Assembly: GCA_965213925.1 (NCBI GenBank)
Contig: OZ243927.1
Location: 2,880,001 to 2,944,000, forward strand
DNA length: 64,000 nucleotides
Reading direction: 5' to 3'
Origin: Trueperaceae bacterium
Lineage (GTDB): Bacteria; Deinococcota; Deinococci; Deinococcales; Trueperaceae
Below the pieces are notes generated by a model, which saw only the letters and a program-made list of their open reading frames with translations, ran no database searches and was not told the DNA's origin. Made by a program: the position numbers and the translations under genes. Shown here one piece after another: positions 1 to 10,368 of the stretch (positions are counted from its first letter, which is position 1; every line of letters starts with the position of its first letter).

Positions 1-2148
1 GGTAACGACACGCTCACTAACGACGTCAACGTCAACAGAATAACTGACACCACCACGCTTCAAAACCTCACTGAGCTGACCGAGCTTGAACTTGATAGCA
101 ACCAGATTAGCGATATCAGTGCGCTTACGAACCTCACGAACCTCGCCGACCTCGACCTCAACGACAACGAGGTTAGCGACATAGAACCGCTCGTCGCGAA
201 CGCAGGTCTGTCTGCAGGCGACCGCGTCCGCCTGTTCTTCAATCCGCTCGAGACCTGCCCCGGCGACGAGGACAGAGCGGACATCGAAACACTGCAAGAA
301 CGTGGTGTAGAGGTCTTCTTTGACGAGTCTGAGAACTGCGATAATGAGGGGGAGCCTGAGCCGCAGCCTGGGACTTGCACAGACCCAGTGGAAATTCAAG
401 ATATCGATCTAGAAGAAGCTATACGTGACGCGCTCGACAAACCTAGGTCTGAAGGCGAATTGACATGTGAAGACTTGGCTGGATTAAAGGAAGCGTCTGT
501 CTCTTACGCTTCTGTTGCGAGTCTAGAGGGGCTTCAGTATGCGACGAACCTCGAATTACTAAGCCTCACCATCAATGAGAGTGATCAGCAGCACTTCGTA
601 AGCGACCTGTCCCCTTTAACCGGGCTCGAGAAGCTCAACACAGTCATCCTCATCAACGAAGAGATAGAAGACTTGACGCCTCTCGCAAGCCTCAGCAGCT
701 TAGAGACGCTGACCTTGGCAGTCGATAGTTCGGACAACTTCGACCAACTCGCAGGGCTCGCAAACACAAATCTTAAATCGCTGAGCTTACCTGCGAATAA
801 CATTACTGACCTTAGCTTCTTACAAGGGCTCACGAGCTTGACCGACCTCTCTCTCAGCGAGAACAACATCAGCGACCTTACGCCGCTGCGAAACCTCAAT
901 AACTTGGAGTCCCTAAGCCTCATACGTAACCAAGTAGATGACCTCTCAGCGCTCCAGAGCCTAACTGACCTTATAGAGCTCTACCTTACTGGAAACAGTA
1001 TCGGTGATATAACGCCGCTACAAAACCTGACTAACCTCGCCAGGCTTGACTTTACCAACAACGAGGTCAGTGACATTGCGCCACTGCAAAACCTTACTAA
1101 GCTCACCGAACTTAGTTTTAGTAGCAATAAAGTCAGCGACATTATGCCGCTGCAAAACCTTACTAAGCTCACCGAGCTTAGTTTTTCCCGCAATGAGGTT
1201 AGCGACATTGCGCCACTGCAAAACTTGACTAACCTCGCCGAGCTTAGGTTTGTAAATAATGAGGTCAGCGACATTACACCTCTAATCAAAAATGAAGGAT
1301 TGGGCGAAGGCGACATCATTTACCTTCCCGACGATTCGCTCGACCTTAGTTGTGGTACCGAAAACCGAGCAGCGGTCGATGCGCTTATCGAGCGAGGTGT
1401 GATCGTAGATATCAATGCGCTCGTGGACTGTAGCGACGTCGTAGACTTCGCGGACAACATCCTGGAAGATTTAGTGCGCGAAGCACTGCGTCAACCACGA
1501 GGCGAGCTTACCGAGAACGATTTGGAGTCTCTACGTGAACTCAAGTACGAGCCTGAGTCTAGCTCCTCGAGCGTCGAAAGCTTAGAGGGCTTGCAGTTCG
1601 CGGTCAACCTCGAGAGCCTAGGCTTGCCCGACAACAGCGTCAGCGACCTCTCGCCCCTTAGCGCACTTGTACAACTGAGAAACCTCGACTTAGCAAAAAA
1701 CGATAATATTACCGACATCAGTGTGCTCCAGAATCTCGTCAACTTAGAGACGATCGACTTGTCCGCCAACAATATAAGCGACCTCAGCCCACTTCAAGAC
1801 TTGGGCGCTCTAAGAGAACTGCGTATGAGTTTTAATACCGTTTCCGACCTTAGCCCTCTTCAAGGCCTTACGGAGCTGCGCGTGCTCCTACTCACTGGAA
1901 ATCTCATCGAAGAGGTCGACGCGCTTGCCAACCTCACTAACTTGAGGAGACTCCTCCTGAGTCGAAATCCAATTGTCGATATCTCGGGGCTTGCTGAGAA
2001 TGAAGGCTTAGCAGCAGGTGACCCAGTAGAACTCTTAGACACCTTTCTCGACACCTGCCCTGGCACGGACGACCGAGAAGACATCGACACCTTGATTGAA
2101 CGCGGCGCAGTGGTCCGCTTCGACGAACCTGAGGATTGCGGCGGATAG
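1..2148 (+). CDS. Internalin-like leucine-rich-repeat surface/secreted protein, 5'-truncated by the window edge
   Basis: Frame 1 is open from base 1 into the 388..2148 ORF; many 22-aa LxxLxLxxNxISDLxPL repeats with recurring N-cap (DxxLExxxRxAL) and Cys-containing C-cap (GLxxGD...C...ERG) modules. Confidence 0.9.
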   Translation, partial: GNDTLTNDVNVNRITDTTTLQNLTELTELELDSNQISDISALTNLTNLADLDLNDNEVSDIEPLVANAGLSAGDRVRLFFNPLETCPGDEDRADIETLQERGVEVFFDESENCDNEGEPEPQPGTCTDPVEIQDIDLEEAIRDALDKPRSEGELTCEDLAGLKEASVSYASVASLEGLQYATNLELLSLTINESDQQHFVSDLSPLTGLEKLNTVILINEEIEDLTPLASLSSLETLTLAVDSSDNFDQLAGLANTNLKSLSLPANNITDLSFLQGLTSLTDLSLSENNISDLTPLRNLNNLESLSLIRNQVDDLSALQSLTDLIELYLTGNSIGDITPLQNLTNLARLDFTNNEVSDIAPLQNLTKLTELSFSSNKVSDIMPLQNLTKLTELSFSRNEVSDIAPLQNLTNLAELRFVNNEVSDITPLIKNEGLGEGDIIYLPDDSLDLSCGTENRAAVDALIERGVIVDINALVDCSDVVDFADNILEDLVREALRQPRGELTENDLESLRELKYEPESSSSSVESLEGLQFAVNLESLGLPDNSVSDLSPLSALVQLRNLDLAKNDNITDISVLQNLVNLETIDLSANNISDLSPLQDLGALRELRMSFNTVSDLSPLQGLTELRVLLLTGNLIEEVDALANLTNLRRLLLSRNPIVDISGLAENEGLAAGDPVELLDTFLDTCPGTDDREDIDTLIERGAVVRFDEPEDCGG

Positions 2149-2363
2149 GGTCGCGGTGGTTTGTGTCACTACCCCTGGGAAAGTTTCATAGCAGAAGCGC
2201 GTCTAGCTGTGTCCGCAAGGCGAAGCGTGCGACATCGGTGCATTTGAGTTAGAGCAGTAGACAAACACCTCAACCTCTCAGGGTCGCCTTCACTGGCGAC
2301 CCTTTTTAGTGTCTCTAGCTCGCACCTAGCATTCCTCATACCATTTAGGCGACAATAGAAAGA

Positions 2364-3512
2364 ATGACTCAACCAAAAAAACGCATCGCCATTCTAGGCT
2401 CCACCGGCTCCATCGGCACCCAAACCCTAGACGTCGCCCGCTGGCGCGGCTACGAGGTCGTCGGGCTCGCCGCTGGGCGCAGCACCGATATGCTCATCAA
2501 ACAAGCGGACGAATTCAGACCCAAGCTCGTCTCGTGTCACCCCGAGGTCGCCGCGCAGGTGGAGCCGCACTTGCCGAGCGGCACGAAACTCGTAACAGGC
2601 GGCGCGGGCGCGGAAGCGGTCGCGACTTTGGAGGTCGACACGGTCGTCGCGGCGATTTCGGGCGTCGCTGGGCTTAAACCGACGCTCGCGGCGCTGAGGG
2701 CAGGGCGGCACGTCGCCCTGGCGAACAAAGAGGCGATGGTGGTCGCAGGACCGCTCGTCTGGGAGGCGGCGAGGGCGTGTGGAGGGTCGATCACGCCCGT
2801 AGACTCGGAGCATTCGGCGCTCTTCCAGTGCTTGGTGGGCGAGCGACAAGAGGACGTGGCCTCTCTTATCCTGACCGCCTCGGGTGGACCCTTTCGCACG
2901 GAGCCCGCCGACCTTACTGGTGTAACACCGGAGCAAGCCCTGAAGCACCCTAACTGGTCGATGGGCGCGAAGGTGACGGTGGACTCGGCGACGTTGTTCA
3001 ACAAAGGATTAGAGGTTTTAGAGGCGCACTTTCTCTTCGAGATGCCGCTGGAGAAGATCGAGGTCATCGTCCACCCGCAATCGCTGGTCCACAGCTTCGT
3101 GCGTTTCAAGGACGGCAACCTCAAGGCGCAAGTCGGCCCGCACGACATGAGGTTGCCGATTCAGTATGGGATCGAGTACCCCGAGCGCCCCGACATCCCT
3201 TTAGACCCGCTGCCGCTAAGGGGCACATGGGAATTTTACGAACCTGACGCCGCGCGTTTCCCGAGCTTGGGCTTGGCGTACGAGGCAGGTCGACGTGGAG
3301 GCACCGCCCCGGCGGTCCTCAACGCAGCGGATGAACTCGCGGTCGAGGCGTTTTTGCGCGGCGAGGTGGGTTTTACGGATATCCCGAAGATTCTCGAGCA
3401 CGCCCTTCAACAGACCTCTATAACCGAGTTGCGTTGGGACGCGATCGGCGCGGCAGACAGAGAAGCGAGGGAGGTCGTCAGCACATACGTGCAGCGCTTA
3501 GGCTTTTCCTAA
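2364..3512 (+). CDS. dxr: 1-deoxy-D-xylulose 5-phosphate reductoisomerase
   Basis: [43 protein letters not shown] motifs. Confidence 0.97.
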   Translation: MTQPKKRIAILGSTGSIGTQTLDVARWRGYEVVGLAAGRSTDMLIKQADEFRPKLVSCHPEVAAQVEPHLPSGTKLVTGGAGAEAVATLEVDTVVAAISGVAGLKPTLAALRAGRHVALANKEAMVVAGPLVWEAARACGGSITPVDSEHSALFQCLVGERQEDVASLILTASGGPFRTEPADLTGVTPEQALKHPNWSMGAKVTVDSATLFNKGLEVLEAHFLFEMPLEKIEVIVHPQSLVHSFVRFKDGNLKAQVGPHDMRLPIQYGIEYPERPDIPLDPLPLRGTWEFYEPDAARFPSLGLAYEAGRRGGTAPAVLNAADELAVEAFLRGEVGFTDIPKILEHALQQTSITELRWDAIGAADREAREVVSTYVQRLGFS

Positions 3513-3585
3513 GCAGGTGTTCATAAAGATGGCGTATGCTTAGGGGTATAAGTAAGAACTGTTCTTTCATCTCATACCCTCCTTT

Positions 3586-5085
3586 ATGGCGCGTCCTATG
3601 CAGACACCCAAACAGACATCCAGACGCACGTTCCTCAAGCTCAGCGGCGCGGCGCTCGCCGCGAGCCTCGTGTCGCCTGGGCTCGCTAGGGCAAGTAGAG
3701 CGGCGCAGCGCGTAGACGCTGAATTGCACTTTTTGAACCGCATCACTTGGGGACCGCGCCCCCAAGAGGTCGGGCATATTCGCAAGATTGGGGTGGAGCG
3801 GTATCTCGAGCGTCAACTCCGCCCCGAACGCATCGACGACAGCGCGGTGGACGCCAGGCTCCGCGAACTGCCCATCCTCACGATGGACCGCCGCACCGCG
3901 CACCGCCTGAGCAACTACCGCAACCGCTGCCGCGAGGCGCTCGTCACCGGCACCGTGCTCCGCGCCGCGCACAGCAAGCGGCAACTCTTAGAGCGCATGG
4001 TCGACTTCTGGACGGACCACTTCAACGTGCCGAGCCGCGACTTAGAGCCCGAAGTGATCGTGTTTCAGCGTGAGGTGATTCGTAAGCACGCGCTGGGCAA
4101 CTTCCGCGACTTGCTCTTTGGCGTCGCGCAGAGTCCCGCCATGCTCATCTATCTGGACAACAGGAGCAACGAGGCGGGAAGCCCGAACGAGAACTACGCC
4201 CGCGAGCTTCTGGAGCTGCACACGTTGGGCGTGGACGGCGGCTACAGCGAGCGCGACGTGAAGGAGGCGGCGCGGGCGCTCACGGGTTGGACGGTGGATG
4301 AGCGCACCGCGTCCGGCTTCTACTTTCGCTCGGACACGCACGACACGGGCGAAAAGTACCTCTTAGGACACACCTTGCCTGCGGATAGAGGTATCGAAGA
4401 CGGGCTGCACCTTTTAGACATCGCGGCGAACCACCCCTCCACCGCCCGCTTCCTCTGCACGAAGCTCTGCACGAAGTTCGTCTCCGACGAGCCGCCGCAC
4501 AACCTGATCGAGAGCGCGGCGCGCGTGTGGACGCGCACGAACGGCGACATCGAAGAGGTCTTGCGCCACATCTTCTTGTCCGAGGACTTTAGCGCCTCAG
4601 CCGGGCAGAAGCTGCGCCGCCCACTGGAGTTTTTCGTCGGCGCACTCCGCGCGACCGGCACCGAGATTCATAGTGCCCACGAGATGAAGAAGCTCCTAGA
4701 GGACCTCGCGCACGTCCCCTACGGCTGGGAGCCGCCCGATGGCTACCCGGACAGGGCGGTGTCGTGGGTCTCGAGCAGCAACCTTTTGGCCCGCTGGAAC
4801 GTCGCCTCGGCGCTGACACACCAGGCGTACAGCGTTCAGGATTCAAAGTTGAGCACCCAGCTTTTTGGGCGCGCAGGACACTCAAAGAACGTTTCAGAAC
4901 TCGTGGACAACGTCGCGAACGAGGTCTTCGCAAGACGTTTGACGGACGACGAACGCGCTCCTTTTATCGCCTTTGTCTCCGATGATGAGGGCAGCGACAT
5001 CCCCATCTCGCCGCACCTCTTAGCCCGCAAGCTCGCCCCCTTGTACGGTCTCATGCTCGCTTCGCCCGCTTATCAGTGGTGTTGA
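3586..5085 (+). CDS. DUF1800 family protein with Tat signal
   Basis: SRRTFLK signal; FWTDHFNV, PAMLIYLDN, PNENYARELLELHTLG motifs. Confidence 0.9.
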   Translation: MARPMQTPKQTSRRTFLKLSGAALAASLVSPGLARASRAAQRVDAELHFLNRITWGPRPQEVGHIRKIGVERYLERQLRPERIDDSAVDARLRELPILTMDRRTAHRLSNYRNRCREALVTGTVLRAAHSKRQLLERMVDFWTDHFNVPSRDLEPEVIVFQREVIRKHALGNFRDLLFGVAQSPAMLIYLDNRSNEAGSPNENYARELLELHTLGVDGGYSERDVKEAARALTGWTVDERTASGFYFRSDTHDTGEKYLLGHTLPADRGIEDGLHLLDIAANHPSTARFLCTKLCTKFVSDEPPHNLIESAARVWTRTNGDIEEVLRHIFLSEDFSASAGQKLRRPLEFFVGALRATGTEIHSAHEMKKLLEDLAHVPYGWEPPDGYPDRAVSWVSSSNLLARWNVASALTHQAYSVQDSKLSTQLFGRAGHSKNVSELVDNVANEVFARRLTDDERAPFIAFVSDDEGSDIPISPHLLARKLAPLYGLMLASPAYQWC

Positions 5086-5209
5086 TGAGGGCGTGAGGTG
5101 GTGCGAGACTTCTCTTCGGGGCTTTTAGCGGTTAGCTTCTAGCTAAAAGCCCTCTATAGGTAACTCCGTTCAAGGCGGCATCCAGCGCTGCGAGTGAAAG
5201 GAACAAACC

Positions 5210-6511
5210 GTGAACAGGCGCGACCTCCTAACAAACCTAGGCTACTGCGGTACGCTCGGCGTGAGCCGCGCCCTCTTGCCTCACTGGAGACCGCAACTCG
5301 CCTTCCGCTCTTTAGAAACCGTCGGCGCAACGAATAACGGCGTGCCCGGTGACACGCTAATCTGCATCTTTTTGCGCGGCGGCATGGACGGCCTTAGCGC
5401 GGTCGTTCCTTACGGCGAAGGCGGCAACCTCTACGACGCGAGAGCGACGCAGCGCGTCAGGGAGCCGGGCAAGTCCGCTGGCGCTGCGCTCGACTTAGAC
5501 GGTTTTTTCGGCTTTCATCCGGCCCTGGAGCCCCTAGCCGATATCTACCGCAGCGGCGACCTCGGCGTCGTGCACGCCGTGGGCAGCACGGACCCCTCGA
5601 GATCGCACTTCGACGCGATGCAGTTTATGGAGAACGGCACGCCCGGCACCAAGATGACCAGCACGGGTTGGCTCGGGCGGCACCTCAAGAGCGCGACGTG
5701 GCAGAACAGCTCGCCCTTTCGCGCTGTAGGCATGGGCGCGATGCTGCCCGCCTCGCTGCGCGGCGGCACCCCCCTCTCGCTGCGCTCGATCGCGGACTTT
5801 CACCTGCGCGGACGCCACGGCGAGGTGCAGCGCATGGAGCGGATGCTCGCCGACCTCTACACGCTCCATACGCCCGACGAGATGCTCCAGCCGCAAGCGG
5901 ACCTCGTCTTCGAAACGGTGGGGATGTTAGACGCGCTAGAAACGCACACCTACCAGCCTGCGGGCGGCGCGTCCTACCCGGACGACGGGCACGGCTTCAG
6001 CAAGGGACTTTCGCAAATCGCGCAGCTGATTAAAGCGGAGGTCGGTTTAGAGGTCGCGTGCTTAGACCTCGGCGGCTGGGACACGCACGAGGAGCAAGGC
6101 ACCTTAGACGGCACCTTCAACTATCTTTTAGACACGCTAGGGCGCGGCTTAGAGGCGCTCTACACCGACCTGGGCGACAAGATGCAGCGCGTCACCGTCG
6201 TGACGATGAGCGAGTTCGGGCGGCGCGTGCGCGAGAACGCGAGCGCGGGCACCGACCACGGGCACGGCAACCTGATGATGCTTATGGGCGGTGGCGTGAG
6301 AGGAGGGCAGGTCTACGGACGGTGGCCCACCTTAGCCGAAGACGCGCTCAGTGACGGCGACTTAGCCATCACCACGGACTACCGCGACGTGCTGGCGGAT
6401 ATCGTTTCGCAACGTTTAGGTAACAGCAAGTTGGACGAGATTTTTCCGGGGCACAGCGTGACCTCGCTCGGGCTCGTTGACCCGCTCCAAAGGGAAGAAG
6501 CTCGTGCTTAG
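5210..6511 (+). CDS. DUF1501 family protein (Tat-like N-terminus)
   Basis: NRRDLL, FLRGGMDGLS, RSHFDAM, GGWDTH, SEFGRR, GTDHG motifs; adjacent to DUF1800. Confidence 0.9.
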   Translation: MNRRDLLTNLGYCGTLGVSRALLPHWRPQLAFRSLETVGATNNGVPGDTLICIFLRGGMDGLSAVVPYGEGGNLYDARATQRVREPGKSAGAALDLDGFFGFHPALEPLADIYRSGDLGVVHAVGSTDPSRSHFDAMQFMENGTPGTKMTSTGWLGRHLKSATWQNSSPFRAVGMGAMLPASLRGGTPLSLRSIADFHLRGRHGEVQRMERMLADLYTLHTPDEMLQPQADLVFETVGMLDALETHTYQPAGGASYPDDGHGFSKGLSQIAQLIKAEVGLEVACLDLGGWDTHEEQGTLDGTFNYLLDTLGRGLEALYTDLGDKMQRVTVVTMSEFGRRVRENASAGTDHGHGNLMMLMGGGVRGGQVYGRWPTLAEDALSDGDLAITTDYRDVLADIVSQRLGNSKLDEIFPGHSVTSLGLVDPLQREEARA

Positions 6512-7304
6512 AGCCAGCTATAACTACAAGGTGTGGCAGTGCGTACTCGTCCTCGCCCTCTTATCGTTCAAGGTATCAGCACAGTCTGGCGAAGCGTCGG
6601 GCAGAAGCGCTGAATCCTACGACGAGCGGAAAGCGCGGCTCATCGCACTGGTCGCTGAAACCGAAGACTTCGCCCGTTGGCTCGAGACCTACGAAGGCTG
6701 GCAGGGCAAAGCGTGGCCCAAGGAAGAGGACGACGAAAACGGGCTCTGGTACGTCGAATTCAAGGATGAGAACGACGAGGAGTGGCTCGGCTACGCCGAC
6801 GTGGACATAGAAGGCAATATCGAGAACACCTTTATTCCGCGACCTTTGCCGGACGACGAACTCACTGAGGGCAAGGCGCGCGTCCGCGAACTCGTCCTAG
6901 CCGACCCCGAGGTCGCCGCGCGCATCACCGACCCGCTCCTCTGGGAGGTCGACGTGGGCTATGACCGTTTCGATGTGAACTGGGACGTGAACTTCTACCG
7001 CGGTTTAGAACACCTGCGCGTCATCGCGACGCTCGAGGAGGACGAGTTCTACATCGAGGATATCCGCAACGAGCGCACGCTCAGCGAAGAGGACGCTGTA
7101 AAGCACGCGAAAGACGAGGCGATTCGCTTGGCGTACGAAGAGGTCGGTGACGCTTTGGAGGGGTTGGATGACTGGCACACCTACGTGGAGCATCAGGGCG
7201 GGGCGCAGTGGAGCGTGTCGTTCGTGGCGGGCGAGCAGGAGCGATTTTACGCGCTGGTAGACGTCGAGGGAGAACAGGTGTTGGAGAGTTACGCGCGGGA
7301 TTAG
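6477..7304 (+). CDS. Hypothetical acidic secreted protein
   Basis: 275-aa ORF with a signal-like segment and repeated W-x-V-x-F motifs; start uncertain. Confidence 0.6.
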   Translation: MTRSKGKKLVLRASYNYKVWQCVLVLALLSFKVSAQSGEASGRSAESYDERKARLIALVAETEDFARWLETYEGWQGKAWPKEEDDENGLWYVEFKDENDEEWLGYADVDIEGNIENTFIPRPLPDDELTEGKARVRELVLADPEVAARITDPLLWEVDVGYDRFDVNWDVNFYRGLEHLRVIATLEEDEFYIEDIRNERTLSEEDAVKHAKDEAIRLAYEEVGDALEGLDDWHTYVEHQGGAQWSVSFVAGEQERFYALVDVEGEQVLESYARD

Positions 7305-7500
7305 CGCCGCTTAGACGCTAGTCTCACCTCGAGGGTAGACCAAGCATATTCGCCACCCTTATAGCCGGAGTCAGCCTCGAAGACCGTCCTTTCTGCTTCA
7401 GCCGGGATTGGCGTTTTATAGCGGGCTACGGCTTGATCGCCCGCGCTGCAGAGCCGCAAATGAAGCGCTAGCCGCTTTGCGCGTCTGGTCGTTCTTCGCA

Positions 7501-7530
7501 TTGACATAGAGCACCTTCGCCTTGTATACT
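7501..7530 (+). promoter_or_regulatory. Sigma70-type promoter of the tRNA cluster
   Basis: TTGACA (7501) - 18 nt - TATACT (7525), 17 nt upstream of tRNA-Ser. Confidence 0.75.
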
Positions 7531-7547
7531 CGCTAACGCTGGCGCAC

Positions 7548-7637
7548 GGAGGGCTGGCAGAGCGGTTGAATGCGACGGTCTTGAAAACCGTTATAGGGGC
7601 GACCCTATCGGGGGTTCGAATCCCTCGCCCTCCGCCA
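7548..7637 (+). tRNA. tRNA-Ser (TGA)
   Basis: GGAGGGC/GCCCTCC acceptor, anticodon loop ctTGAaa, long variable arm, GTTCGAATC, CCA end. Confidence 0.97.
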
Positions 7638-7732
7638 ACACGGAGGCGTCATTTTCGAGCAAATCCTCCTGTTTAAGAATGTCAGCAGCGCATAGGAGCA
7701 TCTACAAGGTATAGATGTTACCTATAAAACTT

Positions 7733-7824
<92 letters not shown>

Positions 7825-7908
7825 GAATGGAGGTATCATCTTCACTTAGGAGATGATATTCTGTAAAAAGGTTCATCCGATAAACTGTAGATGATACCTC
7901 CAAAACGT

Positions 7909-7985
<77 letters not shown>

Positions 7986-7990
7986 AAACA

Positions 7991-8020
7991 AACCCCGTCG
8001 CTGACGGGGTTCTTTCTTTT
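7991..8020 (+). terminator. Intrinsic terminator after the tRNA cluster
   Basis: AACCCCGTC-gct-GACGGGGTT followed by a T-rich tract. Confidence 0.8.
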
Positions 8021-8037
8021 GCTTGTGAGCTGTGATT

Positions 8038-9318
8038 TCACGGGTTTGGGTCGTTTCCCCCCGCATCTCCCCCCGCCACAGAGCCTAACAAATCCGAGAG
8101 GCTCATCGCCCCCTCGAAGCGGCGGTGTGACAGCACGTGCGTGTACTTGTCGGCGGTCGTAGATTTGCGGCTGTGTCGGAGCCTTTCTGAGACCACGCCT
8201 AGCTCGACACCACGCGCCTGCAGGAGGCTCGAGTGATGATCTCGAAGGTCGTGGAAGCTGAGGTCAGGAACCTTAGCCCTAGCGATGAGCTTTTTATACT
8301 CGCGCAGCAGCGCCCTCGGGTTCTGGGGGGTGCCGCCCCAGCCTGGGAAGACGAGGCCGAACTCGTACCAGCGGTTGCCGAGCTTGTGTTTATGCCGCTC
8401 TTGCCCTTCTCTGTGATTCTCGAGTACGCGCAGGGTGTCCTCGCCCACCGTGATTGACCCCATGCTCTTCTTCGTCTTCGGCGTGTCGAAGAAGTAGCGC
8501 CCGTGCACGTGCTCCATCTTGCGATGCGCCGTTTCATGAAAGCGTTTCGGCACCGCCACTAGGCCGCGGCGCACGTGAATGACGAGGTAACGCTTTTTGT
8601 TGGCGGTCACGGGCTCTAGGTCCGACCATTTGAGCCCGCAGAGTTCGCCCTCGCGCAGCCCGGAGGTCAGCGCGGTGTAGATGATCGGGCAATAGCGAGT
8701 GTGACGTGCGACCGCCAGTAACCTTAATAGCTGATAGCGAGACCAAGGGACAATCTCTTTGGTGTACTCGGAGGGCAGCTCGATCTTAAAGCAGGGGTTG
8801 GCGCGGTCCTCGGGCAATAGCTCATTATGGATAGCATCGCTGATCGCTTTGCGTAAACCGGCGAGCGCGTTTCTCGTGGTGGCCCTGCCGTCGTTGCCCC
8901 GGCCCATCTGCTCGCGGTAGATGTCGTTCACCATCGCCTGCACGTGGACGCGGCGCAGCTTGTCGAGCGGCGTGTGGCCGATTCTCGGGATGACGTAAGT
9001 CCTCAGGCTGTAGTAGTAGTTGCGGTACGCCCCGAACTTCTTGGACAAGGCCGCCTGCTCGAGCCAGCCCTCGAGGTAGTCGCCGAGCCGCTGTTTCGCT
9101 AATGTCTCGAGCGTGCCTTTGGCTTGTAGCTTTTGAAGCCGCAATAGGTCACCCTTAGCCTCCTCCTTCTTGACGCGCAGAGGACCGTCCTTGCTCCTCT
9201 TGCTGTGGCCGTCCCACGAAACGGTGACCCGCGCGTAGTAGCGCACGTAGGAGCTGCCGTCCTCGCGCTTAAAGGCGCGCTTCTTGATGGTCCCTTCCCC
9301 GTTCGCTCGGCGAGCCAC
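8038..9318 (-). CDS. Phage-type tyrosine recombinase/integrase
   Basis: N-terminal RRANGEGTI arm-binding start; GLREGE, FHDLRD, RHS and DKYTH catalytic motifs; converges on the tRNA-Arg 3' end. Confidence 0.93.
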   Translation of the reverse strand: MARRANGEGTIKKRAFKREDGSSYVRYYARVTVSWDGHSKRSKDGPLRVKKEEAKGDLLRLQKLQAKGTLETLAKQRLGDYLEGWLEQAALSKKFGAYRNYYYSLRTYVIPRIGHTPLDKLRRVHVQAMVNDIYREQMGRGNDGRATTRNALAGLRKAISDAIHNELLPEDRANPCFKIELPSEYTKEIVPWSRYQLLRLLAVARHTRYCPIIYTALTSGLREGELCGLKWSDLEPVTANKKRYLVIHVRRGLVAVPKRFHETAHRKMEHVHGRYFFDTPKTKKSMGSITVGEDTLRVLENHREGQERHKHKLGNRWYEFGLVFPGWGGTPQNPRALLREYKKLIARAKVPDLSFHDLRDHHSSLLQARGVELGVVSERLRHSRKSTTADKYTHVLSHRRFEGAMSLSDLLGSVAGGDAGGNDPNP

Positions 9319-10368
9319 GCTAGAAAACCTCCGGGTAGCTGTAAGGCTTAGGCAAGACGGCGTCGTTCTGCCTGTTCAATGAGAATGAAAGGATAAAGCT
9401 GCCACACTGAAGCTGCTCAGCTTTTTGAGTAGGCATAGAGGTCCACGATTGTGATATCCGTTTTCTCCAAACTTACTGAACACTGTCTTTCGTTGGCAGA
9501 CCACGGACGTTCTACGTCGTCATAAAAGCACATAAAATTACGTACAGTCAGCCCTATAGCGTTTCTAAAAACGACAGGGGTTGACGTGCGCATTGCTGTG
9601 CCTTGAATGCTAATTCTTAGTTGTTTTTGCAAGCAGGAGCCTTTTCGATTCTACCGCGCTAAAGCTAGAAAAGGGGCGTCTGTCTGACGAACCTCTTAAC
9701 GGGCTACCGCGAAAGACTCTCAGTCGCCTGAGGTGTTGCGCCAAACTTCTACTTTGAAAAGTTCTAAGAGTCTTAGTGTCACCGAATAGACGTCTAGAAC
9801 GGGATTGGAACTGACAGTTCCTAAACTGATGTCGGAAGCCAGATCGCCAAAGAAAAATTAGAACCGTCAGTTCCTTCTCAAGCTATAACCGAGTCGGCTA
9901 AAGTCCATGCCAACACGCGCCGGGTTTCGGCTCTATCTCGCCAAAGCCTTGCATCTTGAGCTTCACTTGGACTTTAGGAAAGGAGACTTGGCTATGTCCG
10001 ACAACACGATGGAACCCATCGTCAAACAGGCAGCGTCTCTTCTGGAACTCGTCTTCGACGAGGCGATGCGCCGCGCCAGCGAAAGACACGGGCAGGGCAG
10101 CTCGAGGCTCTCACCGTAGGCGAATCTCTTTGGGTCGAGGGTAGCGAGGCTGTAAAAATTATGGGTGCTGGCTATACCCTGTCTCGCCTCAAGCAGCTCG
10201 GTCACCAATGCGTCATCGTCATGGACAGAAAGGACCCCAACAAGCCCAACAGCCCTTACATCTTCTTGCGTTCGTCGCTCCACGATTACTCGGTGAAACG
10301 CGTCTTCGAACTCGACGAGAGACAAGCACGCTGAGCGTGCAGACGAAAGCGAGAGAGCGAGGTGCAGG

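Noticed and set aside
7828..7902. 14-bp inverted repeat in the tRNA spacer as an ncRNA or pseudo-tRNA
   Set aside because: No tRNA loops or recognisable family; probably a precursor-processing stem.
8038..9318. Integrase as the integron integrase serving the TA array
   Set aside because: It has a phage-type arm-binding N-terminus, sits at a tRNA and is 26 kb from the array; nothing in the sequence links them.
9400..10360. Excisionase or repressor ORFs between integrase and primase
   Set aside because: Only short ORFs without a recognisable HTH; cannot be supported from the sequence alone.
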